NCBI GenBank assembly: GCA_965203095.1
Contig: OZ241877.1
Span: 448,001 to 512,000 of the forward strand
Direction of reading: 5' to 3'
DNA from: Bdellovibrionales bacterium
Lineage (GTDB): Bacteria > Bdellovibrionota > Bdellovibrionia > Bdellovibrionales > UBA1609
Length of the DNA stretch: 64,000 nt
Of this stretch, positions 57,264 to 64,000 are shown piece after piece. Below the pieces are notes generated by a model. The model searched no databases. It was not told the DNA's origin and saw only the letters and a list, made by a program, of their open reading frames with translations. The stretch's first letter is position 1, and every line of letters begins with the position of its first letter. The translations under genes and the position numbers were made by a program.

Positions 57264-57920
57264 ATGGAATTAACAATTAAAGTTTCCCCAAGGAATGAGA
57301 GAGGGAGGCAAAACAAAAAAATTCGTAAAAATAAAAGAGTTCCCGCTGTGGTTTATGGCAAGGGGCAAAAAAATTTGTCTTTTTCTATGGACATTCGCTC
57401 TGCGGAAAAATATTCTACAAAAAAGTATGAAAATAAAATCTTCACTTTGGATTCGGAAGATGAGCAGTTAAAAGGGCTAAAGGTCATAAAAAAAGCCCTA
57501 TCTCGCCATAAAGTGAGTGGGCGACCTCTCCATTTGGATTTCCTTTCTTTAGATATGACAAAAGCTCTCCGTGTTCCAGTAGATATTCACTTCAAAGGCC
57601 TTCCTAAGGGAGTTAAAGAGGAGGGAGGGATTTTTAACATTATATTAAGAAATCTTGAGATAGAGTGCCTACCTAATGAAATCCCCCCCGCTATTGATTT
57701 GGATGTGTCCCAGCTCACTTTAAACCAAAGTATTCATGTTGAAGATTTAAAATTGCCTAAAAATCTGAAACGGATCACTAAAGGCAAAAGAACTATCTGC
57801 ACTTTGGTTCCAGCTAAAGAGGAAGAGGAGAAAAAGGCTGAAGAACCAGGCGATGATTCCGCCTTAGAGGGGAAATCACCACCATCGGAGAAGGCAGAAC
57901 CTAAAAAGGACAGTAAATAA
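57264..57920 (+). CDS. rplY: 50S ribosomal protein L25/Ctc
   Basis: VPAVVYGKG, HLDFL, GVKEEGG, CLPNEIP. Confidence 0.95.
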   Translation: MELTIKVSPRNERGRQNKKIRKNKRVPAVVYGKGQKNLSFSMDIRSAEKYSTKKYENKIFTLDSEDEQLKGLKVIKKALSRHKVSGRPLHLDFLSLDMTKALRVPVDIHFKGLPKGVKEEGGIFNIILRNLEIECLPNEIPPAIDLDVSQLTLNQSIHVEDLKLPKNLKRITKGKRTICTLVPAKEEEEKKAEEPGDDSALEGKSPPSEKAEPKKDSK

Positions 57921-57932
57921 GAGCGGAAAAAT

Positions 57933-58496
57933 ATGAAAATCATTGTGGGTTTGGGGAATCCGGATCCAAAGCACAGTCTTACAAGACATAATTTGGGCTT
58001 TGTTCTCATAGACGCTATAGTGGGGGGAAATAGTTTTGAGAAAAAACACAAAAGCCTTATTCGAAAAACAAAAATAGGAGAAACTGCCGTCCTCTTAGTC
58101 AAACCTCAAACCTTTATGAATTTGTCCGGCCAGGCCATAAAAGAGATTATCCATTTTTACAAAAGACCTTTAGAAGATCTGTTGGTCATTCATGACGATA
58201 AAGATCAAATTTTTGGGCAGATGAAATTTCAAAAAGGCCGTGGGCATGGCGGGCACAATGGAGTAAAAAACATACATCAGGAGTTAGGTTCTTCAAATTA
58301 CTGCCGGTTAAAGATAGGGATAGCCCGGACCGAACCGATCCGGCAAAGCACATCTCAGTTTGTCCTCTCCCCCTTTCAACCTGATGAGAAAAAACAACTC
58401 CCCACACTTTTACAAAAGGGAGTAGAGGCTGTTCGCTCTTTTGTGATTCATGGCTTATCATTCTCAGCTAATCAGTTCAATTCCAAAAAGCTATGA
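57933..58496 (+). CDS. pth: Peptidyl-tRNA hydrolase
   Basis: IVGLGNP, TRHNLGF, KPQTFMNLSG, GGHNG. Confidence 0.97.
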   Translation: MKIIVGLGNPDPKHSLTRHNLGFVLIDAIVGGNSFEKKHKSLIRKTKIGETAVLLVKPQTFMNLSGQAIKEIIHFYKRPLEDLLVIHDDKDQIFGQMKFQKGRGHGGHNGVKNIHQELGSSNYCRLKIGIARTEPIRQSTSQFVLSPFQPDEKKQLPTLLQKGVEAVRSFVIHGLSFSANQFNSKKL

Positions 58497-59632
58497 GTTT
58501 AAAATGCGGAATTGTTGGCCTGCCCAATGTGGGAAAAAGCACACTTTTTAACAGTTTGACTAACTCCTCTCAGGCACTGGCCGGCAACTACCCTTTTTGC
58601 ACCATAGAGGCCAATAAGGGGAGAGTTTTTGTTCCCGATAATCGTTTAAAAGAGTTGGCCCGGATCATTCAACCCCAACAAATTATCCCCACATCTTTTG
58701 AGTTTATAGATATTGCCGGCTTGGTTAAAGGGGCAAGCAAAGGGGAGGGCTTAGGCAATCAGTTTTTATCTCATATCCGGGAGGTGGACTCTTTACTTCA
58801 TCTTGTTCGGATTTTTAAAGACAAGCAAATTAGTCATGTTTATGGAGAACCCAATCCTCTAAGGGATATTGAAATTATAAACACAGAGTTATTGTTAGCC
58901 GACTTAGAGATGGCAGAGAGACGATTTAACAAAATAAAAAAAACAGCCCAGTCCGCAAAAGATAAAAAACTCCTGCAAGAATGTGAAACTCTAAAAAAAG
59001 TTTTGGACATTTTATCTCAAAATAAAAGCTTAAGGGATTTTGATTGGAATAAGGATGAAAAAACATATTTAAAATCTTTAAACTTTATTTCCTTAAAGCC
59101 CGTTCTTTATATTTGCAATTTTAAGGAGGAAGATTTTCTCCAAAATCAAAAAGAGAGTGCAAGCTTGAAAACTCAGCAGGCCAGCTTAGCCTCTATGGCT
59201 CAAAAAATAAAAGACAATTTAATAAAAGAAGAACTTATCAGTATCTCTTGTGCTTTAGAGGCTGAAATGTCCGGCTGGACTTTTTTGGAAAAAATAGAAT
59301 TTTTAAAACCCTTGGGCCTTAAAGAACCGGCCCTTCACTCTGTTATTAAAAAAGTCTACCAACAGTTGGATTTAATCTCTTTTTTTACAGCAGGGGAAAA
59401 AGAAGTTAGGGCTTGGACCATCCCTAAAGGGGCTTTAGCCCCTGAGGCCGGCGGGAAAATTCACTCTGATTTTGAAAAAGGATTTATCCGTGCGGAGGTC
59501 TATCCTTGTGAAGAGCTTTTTAAACAAGGATCAGAAAAAACTTTAAAGCAAAAAGGGCTTGTCCGGGCTGTGGGAAAAACTTATGAAGTGCAAGATGGCG
59601 ATGTCTTACATTTTTTATTTAATCGCCCGTGA
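58493..59632 (+). CDS. ychF: Ribosome-binding ATPase YchF
   Basis: GIVGLPNVGKSTLFN, DIAGLVKGASKGEGLGN, IHSDFEKGFIRAE. Confidence 0.97.
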   Translation: MSLKCGIVGLPNVGKSTLFNSLTNSSQALAGNYPFCTIEANKGRVFVPDNRLKELARIIQPQQIIPTSFEFIDIAGLVKGASKGEGLGNQFLSHIREVDSLLHLVRIFKDKQISHVYGEPNPLRDIEIINTELLLADLEMAERRFNKIKKTAQSAKDKKLLQECETLKKVLDILSQNKSLRDFDWNKDEKTYLKSLNFISLKPVLYICNFKEEDFLQNQKESASLKTQQASLASMAQKIKDNLIKEELISISCALEAEMSGWTFLEKIEFLKPLGLKEPALHSVIKKVYQQLDLISFFTAGEKEVRAWTIPKGALAPEAGGKIHSDFEKGFIRAEVYPCEELFKQGSEKTLKQKGLVRAVGKTYEVQDGDVLHFLFNRP

Positions 59633-59737
59633 AAAACCTTGTTAAAAAATAGTTTTCCACAAGATGGACTCTGAAAAAACAGAAAGTGAAAATGCTTGGC
59701 GAAAGGCTTTTTCACGAGGGGCTATTTAATGTTTAAA

Positions 59738-60670
59738 CTATTTTGCAGATATAAATTGAGTAGTAAAGCTCCAAGTTTTTTTAAGGAGCTTTATGGAAAA
59801 CCTTTTCTCCTTCCTTTCCAAATGTTTGAGAATTTCTTCAATATGAGATTGCCCGTAATGGGAAAGCTTGAGTTTTCGCATATAAAAAGCCAAAAGCCTT
59901 TTTTGATCCTTTAGTGGCAATTCCATCAAAAACTTCCGGCGAATCCCCTGATTTGTGACGGCTAAAAAAAGGGAATCTTCTTTTTCCGAGTGAGACAGCA
60001 AATCTAAGGATCGGGCCAGGCTTTTTTGAGAGCCGGGTCTTTTTTTTTCTAAATCCAAAAGCCATTGGTTCCGGATCCAGTTTCTTAAATAACGGTTATC
60101 CTTATTAGAAGGGTCCTCTATCCATTGGAGTTGGTTTTCCCTGGCATAACATTCGATCTCTTGCCGAGTCCAAAACAAAAGTGGTCGCAAATAAGGAGCT
60201 TGATGGGCTGGTAAAGCCTTTAAACCCGTTTTGCCACAACCTCTAATTAGTTGAATCAACTGAGTTTCTAAAAGATCATTTTTATTATGAGCTAAAGCTA
60301 AAATGTCTGCTCGCTTTTGCCTTAAAAATTTTTTAAAATGAAAATGGCGAAAATTTCTCATACCCTCTTCACTTTTTAAAATAGTTTGAGCTTGTGGAGA
60401 GCATAAAAACTCCTGAGAGTAGTTTTGGCTCAACCGATAAACTTGCTCACAAGCCCTTTTCCTGTAAGTTTGAATCAGTTTTTTATGAGAGGGGCCATGG
60501 TGAATATGAGCTATATAAAGCTGAAGCCGGCAGGGCCGGCGGAGTTGGGACAAAAGATCCAGCAAGACCACTGAATCCAGCCCTCCAGAGATCCCTAAAA
60601 TGATTTTTTTATTTTGAATTTTATGACTCTTAAAAAAACTTAAAATTTTGTTAAAAAAATGTTTTTTCAC
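59738..60670 (-). CDS. tilS: tRNA(Ile)-lysidine synthetase (short form)
   Basis: ISGGLDSVVL, AHNKNDLLET, RPLL, EDPSN..YLRNWIR. Confidence 0.92.
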   Translation of the reverse strand: MKKHFFNKILSFFKSHKIQNKKIILGISGGLDSVVLLDLLSQLRRPCRLQLYIAHIHHGPSHKKLIQTYRKRACEQVYRLSQNYSQEFLCSPQAQTILKSEEGMRNFRHFHFKKFLRQKRADILALAHNKNDLLETQLIQLIRGCGKTGLKALPAHQAPYLRPLLFWTRQEIECYARENQLQWIEDPSNKDNRYLRNWIRNQWLLDLEKKRPGSQKSLARSLDLLSHSEKEDSLFLAVTNQGIRRKFLMELPLKDQKRLLAFYMRKLKLSHYGQSHIEEILKHLERKEKRFSIKLLKKTWSFTTQFISAK

Positions 60671-60975
60671 TTCCGCTCATTTTTTTGATCCTGCTTGTAG
60701 CCACAAAAAAAATAGCTAACCACAGCAAAAGGCACAAGAGGGCTGAGGCTCACTATAGCGATCAGGCCCTGAGCCACATCACTCATGTTAAGGATAATGT
60801 AAGGGAGGCTTAAAGCCAATAGGGAGTATATCAATCCCCCCACTATGCAAAGCCATGTAATGGAATTGGCTTTAAGAGGAACCTTACACCCTCGACAACT
60901 CCAGCGGGCCCAACTATATTTTATAAGCCATAGCTTTAAGGATATAGGGGGTTGACGGCAAGAAGGGCATTTCAT
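60667..60975 (-). CDS. Hypothetical Zn-finger membrane protein
   Basis: CPSC..CRGC followed by two TM segments; GGAG RBS; overlaps the tilS start. Confidence 0.7.
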   Translation of the reverse strand: MKCPSCRQPPISLKLWLIKYSWARWSCRGCKVPLKANSITWLCIVGGLIYSLLALSLPYIILNMSDVAQGLIAIVSLSPLVPFAVVSYFFCGYKQDQKNERK

Positions 60976-61133
60976 AAAAAACTCCTTTTTTACTTTTTAA
61001 TGTGGATAGTATTTTTTGTCAATGGAGACTGCAACTGGCCTAAAAACCAAAGGGAAAGGGCAGGACTTTATCCCTAAATCCTGCTTTTATAAAATAAACT
61101 TGATTTTTCCTTATTGTTTTTGTTAAAATAAGC

Positions 61134-61215
61134 TGAGGTTGGCTTTAGTCCTGCTCCAATAAATCTCTTTGACATCTCGATTGTCAAAAAGGGAGGGCAT
61201 TAAGCCTAACTCTGC
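61134..61215 (+). other. Long imperfect hairpin, candidate structured 5' leader or sRNA
   Basis: GAGGTTGGCTT..TTTGACA-TCTCGAT-TGTCAAA..AAGCCTAACTC directly after TTGATT-18-TAAAAT. Confidence 0.45.
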
Positions 61216-61241
61216 CAAAGTTTTTAAACAAGAAGGCCATT

Positions 61242-62210
61242 ATGTCTAAAAATTTTTCTACTGTCCTGCTCTTTTTTCTGGCTTTTGTGGCGATAGCCCT
61301 TGGTGGCTATCAATGTTCCACAAGGGTTTCCGATGGCAGTTCGCAAGTTTATCTTCCCATCGGCCATCAAGGGCCTCACAATTCTTATTCCCCTTCGGCT
61401 CCCTCTACTAAAAGTCCCTCTTCTTCCTCTTCAGACACTAAAGATTCTTTACCAAAGGAGCCCGATCAGGATTCAGCCTGCCCTCTTATAGAAAATAGTG
61501 GGAGTCATGGGACTATCGCTAATTTCCGGTTCAATCCTCCCAGTCTTGAGGATTTTCTCTTAGGTCGCAGATCAAATTTTGATATAAGATGCTCTCGGAT
61601 GATCCTTTCCATGAGCCAGCTTAACCCCTCTGCCGACAAACCCATATACAAAGGTCGGCTAATTTTAGCTTTTTATGGTGGTGGGGCGGGCTATTCAGGA
61701 CATCAGTTCCTATCTGGAACTACGGATAAAGAAAACAAAAACAACCATTGGGAAATCAAAGGCACTTGGAATACCAGTAAAAGAAAACCTGATATTTCTG
61801 GCAAAAAATTTTACTCTATTTTTGACAACGAAAAGGGAGCTATTATTTTAAAGTTAGAAGATGTTCGCACCAGGGAAGTCAAAGATGGGGAATTGGCCTA
61901 CTTGGCCGCGGGGGACATTTACTACAAAATGTTCCGGATATGGACAGGTGACAATGCCGACACTTGTTATAACAAAGGTATTTATGTCAGCCAAGCACAT
62001 AGTGCTCCATCTAAAGACGGAAGGTGCTGGTTAATAGGCTCTGGGCCTTTCAGTTGCTTGCCTACAGGCCCTCTTCCTCCTTCGGGAGGGCGATCGCCAC
62101 AGGCACCAGACATAGATATTAAAGGTTCCTTACCCTGTTATAGTCGCCTGGGTGAATTTTATAATTTGAATATAGAGAAGGCTTTTAACAGCTCTGTTGA
62201 TGACTTGTAA
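61242..62210 (+). CDS. Hypothetical exported or lipoprotein
   Basis: Hydrophobic N-terminus ending GYQC, Ser/Pro linker, 322 aa. Confidence 0.75.
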   Translation: MSKNFSTVLLFFLAFVAIALGGYQCSTRVSDGSSQVYLPIGHQGPHNSYSPSAPSTKSPSSSSSDTKDSLPKEPDQDSACPLIENSGSHGTIANFRFNPPSLEDFLLGRRSNFDIRCSRMILSMSQLNPSADKPIYKGRLILAFYGGGAGYSGHQFLSGTTDKENKNNHWEIKGTWNTSKRKPDISGKKFYSIFDNEKGAIILKLEDVRTREVKDGELAYLAAGDIYYKMFRIWTGDNADTCYNKGIYVSQAHSAPSKDGRCWLIGSGPFSCLPTGPLPPSGGRSPQAPDIDIKGSLPCYSRLGEFYNLNIEKAFNSSVDDL

Positions 62211-62259
62211 ATCAATTTAACTGCTTTTTCATTATTAGCGAAAAGGCTAAGGAGGTTTT

Positions 62260-62844
62260 ATGTTTGATGTTTTAAAAAAAATTTTTGTTTTGTTGTCATT
62301 TTTTTTGCTTATTTCTTGTGACAGTAAATCAGGAGAAAGCACTACTGCCACTGGAGGGGTGGCGACCCCTCAACAACAACTTATTTTTTCAAAAACTTGC
62401 CCAGCTGGTTCTGTAAATGTCCATCATACTCCAAGCACTTTAACTACTGCGGGAACTGTAACTTTAGGTCAACTTCCTGTAGGGGCTAAAGTCAGCATTT
62501 CCGGAACCATTACTTCGGGAGGTTGTGGTCAAACCGGCCCTCTCACTTTCACCTGTTCCGCTGTTGTTCAGATCACTAACAATCGAGCTTATGTTTGTGA
62601 GAGTGGAACTATAAGCTCCTCTATTTTAACAGCGAGTGCTCAAACTGTTACGGCAGGGCAATCACCTGTGGCACCAGGGATTGTGCCTCAGCCCCGATCT
62701 TTTGTTGGAGGCTACTTTATGGTTTTTAATAACGGCACCAGCTTATTTGGCCGTATTGAATTGGGGCCTTCACAATGGATTCAAACAAACTGCCCGATAA
62801 GTTTTAATTGTGGTGTTGGTCAAGCTCCTTCTCTTGCTTTTTAA
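62260..62844 (+). CDS. Hypothetical lipoprotein, Thr/Gly/Cys-rich
   Basis: AGGAGG RBS, lipobox LISC. Confidence 0.78.
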   Translation: MFDVLKKIFVLLSFFLLISCDSKSGESTTATGGVATPQQQLIFSKTCPAGSVNVHHTPSTLTTAGTVTLGQLPVGAKVSISGTITSGGCGQTGPLTFTCSAVVQITNNRAYVCESGTISSSILTASAQTVTAGQSPVAPGIVPQPRSFVGGYFMVFNNGTSLFGRIELGPSQWIQTNCPISFNCGVGQAPSLAF

Positions 62845-62912
62845 TTAAATAGGATTTTTTTAAATGGATCTCTGGATATTTTTTTCCCATTTTTAAAAAG
62901 TGGATTAAAAAG

Positions 62913-63773
62913 ATGCTTTTATATGAGGAGGATTTTTTAAGAGATCTGTTTCACCGTGGCTATTCTGAAAACACAGTCTCTGCTTACAAAAGGGACTTGG
63001 CCCGGTGGGAAGACTTTTGCCAATCTCGCCGGCCTGTTCAAGAATTTTATCGTTTTTTAACTAAAGAAAAACTGAGCTTAAGTTCTCAAGCCCGGGTGAT
63101 CAGTTGCGTCCGGAGCTATCTGAAGTTTTTGCAAAAGCGAGGGCAGACAGTAAAAGAGCTGAAATTTATGAGCCTTCCCCCTCTTAATCGCAAACTCCCT
63201 AAGCCTATCCGTTGGCAAGAATTTAAATCCTTATGGCGGGCTTGTGAGGGGAAAACAACAAGTCAATCAATTAGAAACCAACTGATTTTATCTTTTTTAT
63301 ATGGTTTGGGTTGCCGTGTGAGTGAGTTGGTGTCGCTCAATCTTCAGGACTTTAATGAGACAGAAGCTTGGATCAGCCTTATGGGCAAGGGGGGCCGTGA
63401 GAGGCTTTTGCCCTTGACAGGTCATCTCTATAAATTGCTCCTACTTTATTTGAAGGAATCTCGCCCTCACTTAGGGAAAGTGAGCCATCCCTCTTTATTT
63501 TTTAACAATAAGGGCCGGCGCCCCTCCAGAGTGGATATATGGCGTTGGTTAAAAGCATGGTCTTTAAAGGCGGGTTTTGAGGATGTGAAAAACCCTCACT
63601 CCTTCCGCCATGGTTGTGCCACAGGACTTTTAGAAAAAGGAGCTGACCTCAGAGCCATTCAAAAACTTTTAGGCCATTTGAGCATTCAAACCACACAAAT
63701 TTACACTTCTGTCAGTTCAAAAAAACTGAAAGAGGTTGTGGATGAGTTTCACCCTCTTTCACAAGCAAAATGA
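62913..63773 (+). CDS. xerD: Tyrosine recombinase XerD/XerC family
   Basis: SENTVSAYKRDL, GCRVSEL, GKGGRER, PHSFRHGCATGLL..GADLRAIQKLLGH..TTQIYT. Confidence 0.85.
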   Translation: MLLYEEDFLRDLFHRGYSENTVSAYKRDLARWEDFCQSRRPVQEFYRFLTKEKLSLSSQARVISCVRSYLKFLQKRGQTVKELKFMSLPPLNRKLPKPIRWQEFKSLWRACEGKTTSQSIRNQLILSFLYGLGCRVSELVSLNLQDFNETEAWISLMGKGGRERLLPLTGHLYKLLLLYLKESRPHLGKVSHPSLFFNNKGRRPSRVDIWRWLKAWSLKAGFEDVKNPHSFRHGCATGLLEKGADLRAIQKLLGHLSIQTTQIYTSVSSKKLKEVVDEFHPLSQAK

Positions 63774-63928
63774 TTTTTTTTAAAAAAGCCCTTCAAACTT
63801 TTTTATATTGATTCATGACACTTTAGGCTATGCCTGATATTAGCTAAAGTGTTGAAATGAATAGGAAAAATGTTTGAAAAACAAGCTCTAAAAGTGTCAT
63901 GAACTTTTAAATTTTTAGGCAAAATGAA

Positions 63929-64000
63929 TTAAGCTCTAAAACTCTCTATTTTCCCCTCTAATCTATATCTATATTCCAGCATTCAAGACACAAACAAGCT
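63929..64000 (+). repeat. Diverged copy of the pentapeptide-array spacer (runs off the window)
   Basis: TTAAGCTCTAAAACTCTCTATTTTCCCCTCTAATCTATATCTATAT..AAACAAGCT aligns with 27865-27936. Confidence 0.7.

Overview
This is an AT-rich bacterial chromosome segment. Its gene content (S74-chaperone fibre protein, mevalonate genes, bat operon, spoVG, FliA-type promoters) suggests Bdellovibrionota, which is an inference. Most of the window is housekeeping: rpsP, ribB(X), mfd, nnr, rmuC, ahpC, batABCD, mnmA, mtaB, korA, fumC, thyA, mutY, rpsT, moxR, htrA, tRNA-Gln, mevalonate genes, glpX, prs-rplY-pth-ychF, tilS and xerD. Two accessory regions stand out. (1) At 24.3-31.4 kb, a fibre adhesin has a prepilin-like N-terminus whose leader crosses a C18 tract and is currently out of frame, suggesting phase variation. 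It is followed by six tandem secreted pentapeptide-repeat genes that are recombinational mosaics; five carry their own copy of one promoter, and a diverged copy of their spacer reappears behind xerD. (2) At 45.4-50.6 kb, a defence islet at tRNA-Gln couples a nuclease-SF2 helicase fusion to an M.RsrI-like (GAATTC) methyltransferase, followed by a SIR2-HerA pair collapsed by deletion. I found no GAATTC site anywhere in the window by manual reading. Several small repeat families are scattered through it: REP-like palindromes, a short TIR MITE-like element and a conserved loop carried on different stems. All calls come from reading motifs by eye; no searches were run.
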